64,000 bases of DNA from an uncultured Gammaproteobacteria bacterium (GCA_963814225.1 CAWFCC010000016.1:18144-82143), one strand, 5' to 3'; counted from the stretch's first letter, positions 42,532 to 53,684 are shown. Notes: generated by a model not told the origin, from the letters alone. A program made the numbers and translations.

Positions 42532-43439
42532 CTACGGCGAGCTGCGGCGCGCCTCGGCTTGCAGCGGCGCGATGCGGCGCGGCCATCCCGGCGTGGCGCC
42601 CGCGCTGATCGTATTGCGCGCGGCGCGTGCGGCGTCGATGGTATCGAAACTGCCCCACAGCAGCAGCCAGGAATCGGCGCCGTTTTGTCGCAGATGAACT
42701 TCGTAGAGTTCGCCGGTCGACACGTGCGTTGATGATTTCACGGCGTCGAGTTCACTCTTGCTCGATGCGCGCGCCATCTCGACGACGAAATGATCGCCGG
42801 GCAGCGACATGAATTCACCGCCGCTCGATGCGGCTTCGACGACGGGGGGATGCGTGACACGCGGTGGAAGCGGCGGCTTCGTCGGTGGCCGCGATGGCGG
42901 GGCGGCGACACTCGCGTTCGGCGTCGACGGGTTTGAGTGGAACCGTTCTGGTCGTCGCTGCGGGCGGCGGCGTAACAGGAGCGGATACCTCAGGTTTCGG
43001 CGGCGCCGTTTCGATCGGCTTCCGCGCAGGCGCAGGTGCGTTTGCGTGCGCGGCGGCGGCAGAAACGGTGCTCGGCGGTTCTTCGACGGGTGGAGGATTG
43101 CTCGCGGCGGCGTTGGTCAGATAACTCGGCAGCGTCGATCGCGAAGAAGGTTGCGGTGGGCGAAGGAGCGGGCGGTGGTGTCGATTCTGCCGGCGCGGCT
43201 GCGCGGGCCGATTCGGGTGCAGTCACCGGCGGCGGCGCATCGTTATCTTTCGGTTTGATCTGGACCGCTTTGCCCGCTTCGTTGCAATCCCAACCTTTGT
43301 GATCCGCGGTCGGTACACAAGTATATTTTTTGCCGGGCTCGAAGGTGTCGGCCCGGTTGTAGCTTTGTGCGGCGTTGGTCTGCGCAAAAGCCGAAGCGGC
43401 GCAGACGGCGCATAGCAAGGCAATCTCAACCCGACGCAT
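42532..43439 (-). CDS. Exported Pro/Ala-rich protein with a C-terminal SPOR-like domain (frameshifted)
   Basis: Signal peptide, low-complexity linker, [18 protein letters not shown]...WPRRI; lies in the damX-like position after aroB. Confidence 0.65.
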
Positions 43440-43689
43440 AGCTCGACTCAAGCCCCTGACTGAACATGACGTGGAAGCCGCGTTTGAGTTGCGCGTCGCG
43501 TGCGTGTTCGAACGCCTGCAGTGCGTCGTCGCGCTCGAGATAGACCTCGCGCTTCAAGCTGGCGCGGCCGCCCTGCTGGCCCCATTCGCGCGTGAGCGTC
43601 CAGCCGCCGAGCAGGTCCTGCTGCAGCATGATCTGGTAATAACGCGGCGCTTCGGCGGCGGCGGGCTTGGTCTGCATGAAAAGGCGCAT
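43426..43689 (-). CDS. WGR domain protein
   Basis: RYYQIMLQQDLLGGWTLTREWG...QLKRGF. Confidence 0.85.
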   Translation of the reverse strand: MRLFMQTKPAAAEAPRYYQIMLQQDLLGGWTLTREWGQQGGRASLKREVYLERDDALQAFEHARDAQLKRGFHVMFSQGLESSYASG

Positions 43690-43739
43690 CGCGGCTAGTT
43701 TACCGCCAGACGCGGTGCGGGTCGTGAACGTCGCAGCAA

Positions 43740-44811
43740 TTACGACGCCAGCAGTTCGCGGATCGCGCTTTCTTCGACGCCATCCACGATTTCCGCGCGG
43801 CCGATGCCGCGCCACAGGATCAGCCGCAAGCGGCCGCTGACGTTCTTCTTGTCCAGGCGCATGGCGGCGAGGACGGCGTCGATGTCCAGCTTCGGCACGG
43901 CGGTGGAAAGGCCGCAGCGTTGCAGCAGCGCGTCCAGCCGTCGCGCATCCGCTTCCGACGCCATGCCGAGACGCGCCGACAGATCGGCCGCCAATCGCAT
44001 GCCGATGGCGATCGCTTCGCCGTGCAGGATCTCGCCGTAACCGGCGACGGCCTCGAACGCATGCCCGAACGTGTGGCCGAAGTTGAGCAGCGCGCGTTCG
44101 CCTTGTTCGGTTTCGTCGCGCGCGACGACGCCGGCTTTCTGCTTGCAGCTCACCGCGATCGCGTGCGCGAGTGCGGATGCGTCGCGCGCGAGCAGCGCGT
44201 CGGCGTTCGCTTCGAGCCAGTCGAAAAATTCGGCATCGCCGATCGCGCCGTATTTCACGACTTCGGAAATGCCCGAGCGCAGTTCGCGATCGGACAACGT
44301 CGATAGTGTCGACGTATCGATCACGACCGCGCGCGGTTGATGGAATGCGCCGATCAGGTTTTTACCTTGCGGCAGATTCACGGCGGTTTTGCCGCCGACG
44401 GATGAATCGACCATCGCGAGCAACGTCGTCGGCATCTGCACGAACGCGATGCCGCGCATCCAGCACGCGGCCGCGAAACCGGTCAGATCGCCGATCACGC
44501 CGCCGCCCAAGGCGATGATGGTCGCATCGCGGCTCGCGCCCATTTCGGCGAGCGCATCGAAAATCGACGCGCACGTATCGAGCGATTTGTGTTCTTCGCC
44601 CGGCGGAAAAATCAGGAACGACAATTTCGTGTCTTGCAGCGCCGGCGAAATCAGCTTCGAATACGGCGCTGACATTTTCGTCGCAGACGACGAGTACGTG
44701 ACGGCCGCGAATCATCTCGGGCCAGTGTTCGCCGCGTTGCAGAAGTCCGTCGCCGATCCAGATCGGATACGAACGCGCGCCGAGTTGTACGTCGATCCGC
44801 TGCGTGCTCAT
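43740..44811 (-). CDS. aroB: 3-dehydroquinate synthase (frameshift near 44670)
   Basis: [42 protein letters not shown]. Confidence 0.96.
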
Positions 44812-45366
44812 GCGGCGAAATGCTCATCGGTGGCGGCGCGCCGCCAGCGTTCGCGCAACGTGTTGGCGAGACGCTGCGCAGCCTGCGGAACGCTGTTGCC
44901 GTGGCCGGGTGCGACGGTGAAATCCGCGATCTCGCGATACAGCGGTCCGCGCTGTTCGGCGAGTTGCAGCAAACGCTCGCGGCGGTCGGGCGCGCTGAGC
45001 AGCGGACGTTTGCGGTCGCGCGCGAGACGCTTCATCTGTTCGTCCACCGTCGTTTCGAGATAGACGACGAAGCCGCGCGACTTCAGCACCTGCCGATTTT
45101 CCTCGGCGAGCACCGCGCCGCCGCCGGTCGCGAGCGCGATGCCTTCGCGCGCGGCGAAGTTCGGCGAGGATCATCGTTTCGCGCCTGCGGAATCCGCCTT
45201 CGCCTTCGAGTTCGAAGATCAGCGGCACGTCGGCGCCGCAATGCTGTTCGATGGCGTGGTCGAGATCGAAAAACGGCAAGCCGAGCAGCTCCGCGGCGCG
45301 GCGGCCGATGGTGGTTTTGCCGGCGCCCATCGGGCCGACGAAAAACAGGTTCGGAGCGGGATTCAT
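44808..45366 (-). CDS. aroK: Shikimate kinase (frameshift near 45150)
   Basis: [33 protein letters not shown]. Confidence 0.95.
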
Positions 45367-45436
45367 GCCTCGATGCTAGCAGACGGCGCGCGCGGAAACG
45401 CTACAATGTGCCGTCGTCCGACCTGTTGAAATTGCT

Positions 45437-45935
45437 GTGTATCGATTCATTATCGTGTTCGTGGTCTGCCTCGTCGCGCTGTTCGCGCTCGAGCTGTTTC
45501 AGCCTGTGAAAGAGGCCGTGATCGATCCGTTCACCTCGGCGATTGCGCACGTGAGCGCGGCGATCATGCAGGCGTTCGACCACAACGTCGTCGCCAACGG
45601 CAACGACATCGTCGACGGACGAAGCGGCGGCGGCATCGAGATCGTCGCCGGCTGCAATGGCGTGGAAGCGGTGTTGATCCTGGTCTCGGCGATCCTCGCG
45701 TTTCCGGCGCCGTGGAAGCACAAGCTGATCGGCATGGGTCTCGGGTTTTCTCGCCATCCAGACCCTGAATCTCGTGCGCATCATCACCTTGTATTACCTG
45801 CACATCTGGTCGCCGGTGTGGTTCGACTGGTTCCATCTGTATTTGTGGCAGGCGTTGATCATCCTCGATGCGTTGGTGTTCTGGCTGGTCTGGCTGCGCT
45901 ATTTGCCGCGCCGCACACAAGCCGCGGCGGCGTAA
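45437..45935 (+). CDS. xrtH: Exosortase H (frameshift near 45750)
   Basis: Catalytic Cys in GCNGVEA, LAFPAPWKHK; alternate frame LNLVRIITL (Arg), WFHLYLWQALIILD (His). Confidence 0.85.
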
Positions 45936-45974
45936 GGCCGTACACTCGGCCCGCTTATCAACGGGAGAGTCGTC

Positions 45975-46181
45975 GTGAATAAAGTCGCCAAGGTCATCGA
46001 GATTTCCGCGTCGTCCGACAAAAGCATCGAAGACGCCGTGAAGGGCGGACTGAAGAAAGCGTCGAAGACGCTCAAGAACGTGAAGAGCGCGTGGGTGAAC
46101 GAAATCCGCGCGATGACCGACGATGACGGCACCGTCGTCGAGTGGCGCGTGAACATGCGCGTCAATTTCCTGCTGGATTGA
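45975..46181 (+). CDS. Dodecin family protein
   Basis: VAKVIEISASSDKSIEDAV...WRVNMRVNF. Confidence 0.92.
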   Translation: MNKVAKVIEISASSDKSIEDAVKGGLKKASKTLKNVKSAWVNEIRAMTDDDGTVVEWRVNMRVNFLLD

Positions 46182-46184
46182 GCC

Positions 46185-46517
46185 ATGGCCGCTATCGCTC
46201 GTTCCATGGTGACGACGACGCTGGAACTGCCGGGACATCGCATCGTGCGCAGCCTGGGTGTCGTGCGCGGTTTGACGGTGCGTTCGCGCAGCATCGTCGG
46301 CAACTTCGGCGCGGCGCTGCAGAGTCTCGTCGGCGGCAACATCACGCTGTACGCGGAGCTGTGCGAGAAAGCGCGCGAAGATGCGTTCGTGCTGATGCTC
46401 GATCACGCGGGCAAAATCGGCGCGAATGCGATCGTCGCGATGCGTTATGACGCCAACGAAGTGACCGACGGCATCACCGAAGTGCTCGCGTACGGCACGG
46501 CGGTGGTCGTCGAATAG
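46185..46517 (+). CDS. YbjQ (UPF0145) family protein
   Basis: [26 protein letters not shown]. Confidence 0.93.
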   Translation: MAAIARSMVTTTLELPGHRIVRSLGVVRGLTVRSRSIVGNFGAALQSLVGGNITLYAELCEKAREDAFVLMLDHAGKIGANAIVAMRYDANEVTDGITEVLAYGTAVVVE

Positions 46518-47360
46518 TCAGCGTTCGACGATGCGGCGCACGTCGCGTTTGGCGTCGAGTACGACGCGCAGATCGGCGAGCGCCGGCAGTTTCTTGAGCG
46601 CCTGACGGCTCAGGCGCTCGTAGTGCTGCAGAAAGCGCCGGAGCTGCGTGGTGGTTTGCGCGCGCGCGGCGTGACGCTTGCGCAGTGCGCGTTCCTGCTC
46701 GTCGCGCCAGTTCAGTACGACGTCGAAACTCGGCGCCTGCAGGATCGCGAGTTCGTCGAAGCGTTTCCACAAGGCAACATAATTGCGCTTGAGCTGATCG
46801 TTGACCCAGTGACGCCAAATGCCGTCAGCGTCTTCCTTGCGTTCGAGTTCGTTGATCGGTTTCTCGAGTTCGGCCTCGGTCTGCGGCGGCACACCGATGC
46901 ACCAGCCTTCGAGGATCACGAAACGCGGCGGACGCTTCACACTCCGCCAGCGCGACGGCGGCATACGCGTATCGGTGCCTTTATCGAAACGCGGAATGCG
47001 CGCGGGGTTTTCCGGCGACGCATGGCGCAACGCATCGAGCGTGAAGTTCGCCAGCGGCACATCATGCGTGCCCGGCACGCCGCGCGTCTTCAACAGCGGA
47101 TGCACGGCGCGCGCAAGTTCCTTGCGCGCCGAGCGGCTCAAATAGAAATCGTCGATCGATATCGTCACCGCGTAAATGCCGCGCGATTTCGCGAGTGCGA
47201 CGATTTGTCCAGCCAGCGTGCTTTTTCCGCTGCCTTGCAGACCTGAAAGACCGATCACCGAATAGCGCCGCCGCTCGTCGCGCAGCGCCAGAGCGAGCAC
47301 GGCTTCGACGACATCGTCGTCATAGGCATGCGTGTTAGCATGATGCGGTTTTCGCGACAC
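46518..47360 (-). CDS. P-loop kinase (D-glycerate 3-kinase-like)
   Basis: GLQGSGKST, SIDDFYL, RGVPGTHD, LEGW. Confidence 0.85.
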   Translation of the reverse strand: MSRKPHHANTHAYDDDVVEAVLALALRDERRRYSVIGLSGLQGSGKSTLAGQIVALAKSRGIYAVTISIDDFYLSRSARKELARAVHPLLKTRGVPGTHDVPLANFTLDALRHASPENPARIPRFDKGTDTRMPPSRWRSVKRPPRFVILEGWCIGVPPQTEAELEKPINELERKEDADGIWRHWVNDQLKRNYVALWKRFDELAILQAPSFDVVLNWRDEQERALRKRHAARAQTTTQLRRFLQHYERLSRQALKKLPALADLRVVLDAKRDVRRIVER

Positions 47361-47374
47361 GAACCGAATCCGTC

Positions 47375-47980
47375 ATGGACGAAACCCAAACACTGTATCA
47401 GGAAGCGATCGCCACCTTCCGCTCGCTGCTCGACGACGCCACGCGCGGCGGCGAGCCCGAGCCGACGGCGATGACGCTCGCGACATCCGATGCGAACGGC
47501 CGCGTTTCGGCGCGCATGGTTTTGCTCAAGGCCGTCGACGAGCGCGGTTTCGTGTTCTACACCAATTACGAATCCGACAAAGCCGATCAACTCGCCGCGC
47601 ACGCGCAGGTTGCGCTGTGTTTCCTCTGGAAAACCTTAGGCGGCGCCGGCGTGCAGGTGCGTGTCGAAGGCCGCGTGCAGAAAACCAGCGATGCCGAATC
47701 CGACGCGTATTTCGCCTCGCGCGACCGCGCCAGCCGCATCGGCGCGTGGGCATCGACGCAATCGAAAACATTGCCGGATCGCGAAACGTTTTACGCACGC
47801 ATCGCGGAGATGGAAAAGAAATTCGAAGGCGGCGACGTGCCGCGCCCGCCGCATTGGGGCGGTTATCGCGTGGTGCCGGATCTGATCGAACTCTGGTACG
47901 GCCAGCGCGCGCGCCTGCACGAACGCAATCGCTACGAACTGCGCGACGGCGTGTGGACCAAGCGATTGCTGTATCCGTAG
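47375..47980 (+). CDS. pdxH: Pyridoxamine 5'-phosphate oxidase
   Basis: RMVLLK, FYTNYES, QVRVEG, PRPPHWGGY, RLYP-type end. Confidence 0.96.
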   Translation: MDETQTLYQEAIATFRSLLDDATRGGEPEPTAMTLATSDANGRVSARMVLLKAVDERGFVFYTNYESDKADQLAAHAQVALCFLWKTLGGAGVQVRVEGRVQKTSDAESDAYFASRDRASRIGAWASTQSKTLPDRETFYARIAEMEKKFEGGDVPRPPHWGGYRVVPDLIELWYGQRARLHERNRYELRDGVWTKRLLYP

Positions 47981-47984
47981 CACG

Positions 47985-48791
47985 ATGGGTCCGCGCCGCA
48001 TCGTCTGCCTGACCGAAGAGCCGACCGAAGTTCTGTACGCGATCGGCGAACAGGATCGCATCGTCGGCATTTCCGGCTTCACCGTGCGGCCGCCGCGCGC
48101 GCGCAAGGAGAAGCCGAAAGTCTCCGCGTTCACTAGCGCGAAGATCGATGAAATCCTCAAACTGCAGCCGGATTTCGTCATCGGTTTTTCCGATATCCAG
48201 GCCGACATCGCGCGCGATCTGATCAAGTCCGGCGTCGAAGTGTGGATCAGCAATCATCGATCGGTCGATGAGATCGTCGAATACATCCGGCGCCTCGGCG
48301 CGATCGTCGGCGCGGCGGACAAAGCGAATGCGTTTGCGGATAGCGCGCAACGCCATCTCGACGAGGTAAGAATCGCGTCTGCGAGCTTGTCACATCGACC
48401 GAAAATCTATTTCGAGGAATGGGACGATCCGCCGATCACCGGCATCCGCTGGGTCGCCGAACTGATCCGCATCGCCGGCGGCGACGACATTTTTCCCGAG
48501 CGCGCCGCGAAATCGCTGGCGAAAGACCGCATCCTCGCCGATCCGTCCGAAGTGATCCGGCGTGCGCCCGATATCATCATCGGCTCGTGGTGCGGCAAGA
48601 AATTTCGGCCCGATAAAGTCGCCGCGCGCGACGGCTGGCAAGCGATTCCTGCTGTGCGCGATGGCGAGCTGCATGAAGTGAAATCGCCGATCATCCTGCA
48701 GCCGGGTCCGGCGGCATTGTTCGATGGACTCGATGCGCTGCATGCGATCGTCGCGGCGTGGGCATCAAGAAATCTCGACTGCGCTGGATAA
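47985..48791 (+). CDS. Cobalamin/iron-siderophore-binding family protein (no signal peptide)
   Basis: RIVCLTEE, YFEEWDDP, GSWCGK, LQPGP. Confidence 0.8.
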   Translation: MGPRRIVCLTEEPTEVLYAIGEQDRIVGISGFTVRPPRARKEKPKVSAFTSAKIDEILKLQPDFVIGFSDIQADIARDLIKSGVEVWISNHRSVDEIVEYIRRLGAIVGAADKANAFADSAQRHLDEVRIASASLSHRPKIYFEEWDDPPITGIRWVAELIRIAGGDDIFPERAAKSLAKDRILADPSEVIRRAPDIIIGSWCGKKFRPDKVAARDGWQAIPAVRDGELHEVKSPIILQPGPAALFDGLDALHAIVAAWASRNLDCAG

Positions 48792-48848
48792 CCGCGAAGC
48801 CTGGTGAAGTGCCTCGAGAATCGCCCGCGCCCGAACTGAGGCGGACCG

Positions 48849-49394
48849 TTATTTCGGCAGACAGGCTTTGACGGCGTCGCGCACGCGAGCGGATTCGTCC
48901 GCATCGAATGCGAACGTTGCAACGAGTGTGCGTTTGGATTTGTCGAAGCTCGACTGCGTCCACACCAGCTTCGCGGCGGTGCCGTCGGCGCCGGCGAGCA
49001 GCGTTGCGGGCGCGCTCTTGCGGCGCGAGCGTTCGGCGATTTCGAAGCGAAACGCATCCGCCGGATCGGGTATGTAGGAGCCAGCCGCCGCGGTCGTCAC
49101 GGACGATGTCTTGGCGGCGGCGATCCACTCGATGCGGCTCAGCTTGCCGGCCGGCGAATCCGGGCCTTCGAAATCGTCGTAGCCGAAATCCTTTTTCGTG
49201 TACGCGTCCGGCACGGTGATTTCGGCGAAGAGCGCTCCGCCGTGTGCATCGGAGGAGCAGCCGATGTGTACAGTCGACGCACGTTCGGCGCCGTTGTCGA
49301 TGCGCAGCGAACCGGTTTTGGTGACGTCGCCATCGGCATACGCCGCCGGTGCCGCGAGTATAGAAAATAGCAAGATATACTTGTTCACAATCAT
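48849..49394 (-). CDS. Exported hypothetical protein
   Basis: Signal peptide ending AYA, two Cys; last gene of the proC-yggT run. Confidence 0.65.
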   Translation of the reverse strand: MIVNKYILLFSILAAPAAYADGDVTKTGSLRIDNGAERASTVHIGCSSDAHGGALFAEITVPDAYTKKDFGYDDFEGPDSPAGKLSRIEWIAAAKTSSVTTAAAGSYIPDPADAFRFEIAERSRRKSAPATLLAGADGTAAKLVWTQSSFDKSKRTLVATFAFDADESARVRDAVKACLPK

Positions 49395-49399
49395 CCCCT

Positions 49400-49813
49400 T
49401 CAGTCGACGACAAGATCTTGCGTGAACTTCGCGGTGAACGGCTGCGATTTGCCCGGCACCGTCGCGGTGACCGTGAAGACATACGTGCCCGATCCGTCGA
49501 TCGCGAATTCGCCGAGATAGTCGACGTCGCCGTTCTCGGCCGTTTCGCGCAGCGGCAGCGCGCGTGGGTGGCCGGTGAGATCGCCGACCTGCGCTGTCAC
49601 CGTGGCGCTGATCGTGCGGCCGTTCTGGTCGATCGACACGTTGAGCAGGCCATGTTTCGCATCGCGCGTGATGCCGTATTGTTTGGCCATCGCGGGCAAC
49701 AACTGCGTCGTCGACAGCGCGTTAGCGTGGATGGTGATATCGCCGAACGTGTGATCGTCTGCCAGCGAAATCGCGGGCGCGAACGCGAGAAGTGCAATCA
49801 GAAATGTTTTCAT
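49400..49813 (-). CDS. DUF4426 family protein
   Basis: Signal peptide; MAKQYGITR...LLNVS...DYLGEF; follows yggT. Confidence 0.82.
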   Translation of the reverse strand: MKTFLIALLAFAPAISLADDHTFGDITIHANALSTTQLLPAMAKQYGITRDAKHGLLNVSIDQNGRTISATVTAQVGDLTGHPRALPLRETAENGDVDYLGEFAIDGSGTYVFTVTATVPGKSQPFTAKFTQDLVVD

Positions 49814-50379
49814 GGGATGCGCGAAGTAAGATCGGTCAGCGGCGCGATGACGAGCATGCGAATCAGGATCAGCACGATCGTCGCGGCAAAAAAAGAAAAA
49901 TCCATGCCGGCCATGGGCGGTATGAAACGGCGGAACGGACGTACCACCGGTTCTGTCACGCGCATCAGCAGCGAATAATTGCTGTCGTAGCGCATCGAGG
50001 GAATGAAGCTCATGACACTCACGGCGAGCATGACCACGATCTCGATCAGGATCAGCCAATCGAGCACGTCGACCAGCGCGCGCAGGATCGTCCCGGCGAC
50101 GCTGAGACGGAAACCGGCTAGCGCGAACAGGCACACGAGTTCGAGAATCGCCAGCAACCACGCGACCAGCAGCGATGCGAAATCGATGCGGCGCCAGCGC
50201 GGAATCACGTTGCGCAGCGGCATCACGGCCGGGTTGGTGAACTGATAGACGAAGCGGCAGATCGGTTCGGTGAACGGCGCGGAGATGGCGATCAACAGCG
50301 TGCGTGCCAGGAACATGACGATGAAGAAACCGAACAGCGTCTGGATGAGGAAGGCGCCGGCGTTCTGCAGATAACTCAT
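49810..50379 (-). CDS. yggT: YggT family membrane protein
   Basis: Duplicated TNP..PLR / TEP..PFRR..P...MDFS motifs; follows proC. Confidence 0.9.
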   Translation of the reverse strand: MSYLQNAGAFLIQTLFGFFIVMFLARTLLIAISAPFTEPICRFVYQFTNPAVMPLRNVIPRWRRIDFASLLVAWLLAILELVCLFALAGFRLSVAGTILRALVDVLDWLILIEIVVMLAVSVMSFIPSMRYDSNYSLLMRVTEPVVRPFRRFIPPMAGMDFSFFAATIVLILIRMLVIAPLTDLTSRIP

Positions 50380-51218
50380 GGCGCGTCCATTTGCTTCGAC
50401 AGTTCGCCACCGCGTTGGCGTGCCGCGGCGACGGCGCGCGCGACGATGTCGGCGAAGCCGTCCGCCGCGAAACTTTCCAGCGCGGCTTGCGTGGTGCCGT
50501 TGGGCGAGGTAACGCGGCGGCGCAGTTCGGCCGCATCGACATCCGATTCGCGCAGCATGCGTCCGGCGCCGAGACACGTTTGCGCGGCGAGTTCGCGCGC
50601 TGCTTCGCGCGGCAAACCTTGCGCGGCGGCGGCGTTTTCGAGTGCTTCGACGAGCAGGAAGAAATAGGCGGGTCCGGAACCCGAGATCGCCGTTACGGTG
50701 TCCATCGACGATTCGTCGTCGATCCAGCGCGACAGGCCGACCGCATCGACGATGCGTTGCGCCAACGCGCGTTGTTCTGACGTGACGCGCGAGTTGGCGC
50801 ACAAACCCGTCGCGCCTGCGCCGATCAGCGCCGGCGTATTCGGCATGCAGCGCACGATGGCGACGTTTCCGCCGAGCCAGCGATCGAGCTGATCGATGGT
50901 GATTCCCGCCGCGATCGATACGATCAGTGCATGCGTGGATTGCACGGTTTCGCGCAATTCTGCGCAGACCTGCTTCATCACCTGAGGTTTGACCGCGAGC
51001 ACGATGACATTCGCATCGCGCGCTGCTTCCGTGTTGGACGCGTGCGCCGCGATGGAAAAATCGCGAGCGAGTGATTCGCGCAATTCGAGATTCGGTTCCG
51101 ATGCGACGATGTTCTGCGCGGACGTGCCGTTGCGAACGAGCCCGCCGATCAGGCTGCGCGCCATGTTGCCGCCGCCGATGAAGGCGATTTGGTTTGCGTT
51201 CGATGTGTGTTCGTTCAT
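50376..51218 (-). CDS. proC: Pyrroline-5-carboxylate reductase
   Basis: IGGGNMA, LAVKPQ, RCMPNTP, SGSGPAY, VTSPNGTT. Confidence 0.97.
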   Translation of the reverse strand: MNEHTSNANQIAFIGGGNMARSLIGGLVRNGTSAQNIVASEPNLELRESLARDFSIAAHASNTEAARDANVIVLAVKPQVMKQVCAELRETVQSTHALIVSIAAGITIDQLDRWLGGNVAIVRCMPNTPALIGAGATGLCANSRVTSEQRALAQRIVDAVGLSRWIDDESSMDTVTAISGSGPAYFFLLVEALENAAAAQGLPREAARELAAQTCLGAGRMLRESDVDAAELRRRVTSPNGTTQAALESFAADGFADIVARAVAAARQRGGELSKQMDAP

Positions 51219-51545
51219 GAGTCGAAAAGTCGTCGGGCCAGAAGCGATTGCATGTCGCGGCGTCCGTCGACGATCAGGTACACGACGACGCGACGTTCGA
51301 TGACTCGGTAGATCATACGATACGGTTTGAAAAATACCTGGCGATATTCGTCGATCCCCAGTGCGCGCAGTTCTGCGGGTTTGGCGCCGCGCTCAGGATG
51401 CGTCGACAGCGACTGCAGCGTTTTTTCCAGACGATCGATGAGTTGATCCGCCTTCGCTGTGGAATCCGAATTCGGAAACGAAGTCGTGGATTTCTTCCAG
51501 ATCGCGCACAGCGGCGCGAGTAAGCGCGACCGTAAAGCGGATCAA
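51215..51545 (-). CDS. RelE/ParE family toxin (one frameshift near 51465)
   Basis: Not in the ORF track. Reads MIRFTVALTRAAVRDLEEIHDFV...LSTHPERG..PAELRALGIDEYRQVFFKPYRMIYRV...DGRRDMQSLLARRLFDS*. Confidence 0.85.
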
Positions 51546-51817
51546 TTGCGTTTGCGCCGGGATTTGACGGCGGCGATGGCTTTGTCGAGCGAGACGAGCT
51601 GGCCGCGTGCCACTTCGCGATTGCCGAGTGCGAGGATTTTCAACAGCGCGAGCGTTTCCTGCGTGTTCTCGTAGGAGGCGATGTCCTGCAACACGGCGCG
51701 CGCCTCGCCGTTCTGCGTAATGACGACAGGCTCGTGCTCGACGGCGAGTTGCGCCAGCACGTCGGCCGCGTTGGCCTTGAGATAGCTGATGGGTTTGACG
51801 CGACTGGAATAACGCAT
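51542..51817 (-). CDS. Phd/YefM family antitoxin
   Basis: VKPISYLKANAA...PVVITQNGEARAVL. Confidence 0.92.
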   Translation of the reverse strand: MRYSSRVKPISYLKANAADVLAQLAVEHEPVVITQNGEARAVLQDIASYENTQETLALLKILALGNREVARGQLVSLDKAIAAVKSRRKRN

Positions 51818-51832
51818 GGCGATCCGCTGGTG

Positions 51833-51846
51833 GACTGAATTCAGTC
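51833..51846. promoter_or_regulatory. Probable TA operator palindrome
   Basis: Perfect 14-bp palindrome GACTGAATTCAGTC just upstream of the antitoxin ATG. Confidence 0.65.
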
Positions 51847-51877
51847 TATAAAAAGTCCGGGTGCATGTCGAGGCGAA

Positions 51878-52544
51878 TTAGCGCGCACCGAACAACGCCG
51901 TGCCGATGCGCACCATCGTTGCACCTTCCGCGATCGCGAGCTCGAAATCGTCCGACATGCCCATCGAAAGCGTGTCGACAGACGGCATGCGATGCTGCGC
52001 AACGTTCCTCGAAGAGCTCACGCATGCGGCGAAACGCACGTCGGCGCACGTCGATATCGTCGCTCGGTTGCGGAATGGCCATCAGTCCGCGCAAAGCGAG
52101 GCGTGGGGAATCTGCGATCGCGTCGGCGATTCTCGGAACATCTTCAGGCGCGCAACCGGATTTGCTCGCTTCATCGTCGACGTTGACCTGGATCAGAACA
52201 TTCAGCGGTTCGCGCGAGTCGGGCCGGAAACGATTCAGCGGCGCGATCAGTTTTTCGCGGTCGAGACTTTGCAGCCAGTCGAAGTTTTCGGCGACTTCGC
52301 GCGCCTTGTTCGATTGCAGCGGGCCGATCATGTGCCATTCCAGATTCAGATCGGCGAGCTCGCGCTGTTTGGCGAGCGCCTCCTGCACGTAGTTTTCGCC
52401 GAACGCGCGCTGGCCGCGTCCGGCGAGTGCGCGGATCGCGTCGGCGGGCTTGGTTTTGGACACGGCGAGCAGCCGCGCGGGGTGATTTGCGCGGCGCGCG
52501 GCGGCCTCGACGCGGCCGAGGATGTCTAGGTAATCCGATGTCAA
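51878..52544 (-). CDS. yggS: PLP homeostasis protein YggS (frameshift near 3' end)
   Basis: [23 protein letters not shown]; alternate frame [13 protein letters not shown]...[11 protein letters not shown]. Confidence 0.95.
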
Positions 52545-52646
52545 GAAAGTGTCGCCAAGGGGTTGCGCGGGCTTGAAATGTTGGGGTTATACTGCCGGTG
52601 CAGAGCGGCAATGTCCGGCCGCGATACGGTTTCTCAGGGGATTTCG

Positions 52647-53684
52647 ATGGATATTGCCGAACTACTGGCGTTCTCGGTCAAGAACAAGGCCTCCGACCTG
52701 CATTTGTCGGCGGGTCTGCCGCCGATGATCCGCGTCGATGGCGACGTGCGCCGCATCAATATCCCGTCGCTCGACCACAAGCAGGTCCACTCGCTGGTGT
52801 ACGACATCATGTCGGACAAGCAGCGCCGCGACTACGAGGAATTCCTCGAAGTCGACTTCTCGTTCGAGATTCCGGGCCTGGCGCGTTTCCGCGTCAACGC
52901 GTTCAACCAGAACCGCGGCGCGGGTGCGGTGTTCCGGACGATTCCGTCGGAAGTGCTGACGCTGGAAGATCTCGGCGCGCCGAAAATTTTCAAGGAACTG
53001 ATCGACCAGCCGCAGGGTTTGATTCTCGTCACCGGCCCGACCGGTTCGGGCAAATCGACGACGCTCGCGGCGATGATCGATCACGTCAACAAGAACGAAT
53101 ACGCGCACATTCTCTCGGTCGAAGATCCGATCGAGTTCGTGCACACCGCGCAGAAATGCCTGATCAACCAGCGCGAAGTGCATCGCGACACGCACGGATT
53201 CAACGAAGCGTTGCGTTCGGCGCTGCGCGAAGATCCCGACTACATTCTCGTCGGCGAAATGCGCGACATCGAGACGATCCGCCTCGCGCTCACCGCGGCG
53301 GAAACCGGACATCTCGTGTTCGCCACGTTGCACACGAGTTCGGCCTCGAAAACGATCGACCGCATCATCGACGTGTTCCCCGCCGGCGAAAAACCGATGG
53401 TGCGTTCGATGTTGTCGGAATCGCTGCGCGCGGTGATTTCGCAATCGCTGCTGAAGAAAGTCGGCGGCGGACGCATCGCCGCGCACGAGATCATGGTCGG
53501 CATTCCGGCGATCCGTAACCTGATCCGCGAGGACAAGGTCGCGCAGATGTATTCGTCGATCCAGACCGGCAACCAATACGGCATGCAGACGCTCGATCAG
53601 TGCCTGCAGGATCTGGTCAAGCGCGGACTGGTGACGCGGCAGCAGGCGATCAGTTACGCGAAGAACAAAGAAATTTTCAAGTAG
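52647..53684 (+). CDS. pilT: Type IV pilus retraction ATPase
   Basis: MDIAELL, GPTGSGKSTT, AIRNLIRE, GMQT. Confidence 0.97.
   Translation: MDIAELLAFSVKNKASDLHLSAGLPPMIRVDGDVRRINIPSLDHKQVHSLVYDIMSDKQRRDYEEFLEVDFSFEIPGLARFRVNAFNQNRGAGAVFRTIPSEVLTLEDLGAPKIFKELIDQPQGLILVTGPTGSGKSTTLAAMIDHVNKNEYAHILSVEDPIEFVHTAQKCLINQREVHRDTHGFNEALRSALREDPDYILVGEMRDIETIRLALTAAETGHLVFATLHTSSASKTIDRIIDVFPAGEKPMVRSMLSESLRAVISQSLLKKVGGGRIAAHEIMVGIPAIRNLIREDKVAQMYSSIQTGNQYGMQTLDQCLQDLVKRGLVTRQQAISYAKNKEIFK

Noticed and set aside
49400-50542. Apparent fusion ORFs over proC/yggT/DUF4426
   Set aside because: Upstream extensions in other frames; the real genes have separate starts with ATGA overlaps
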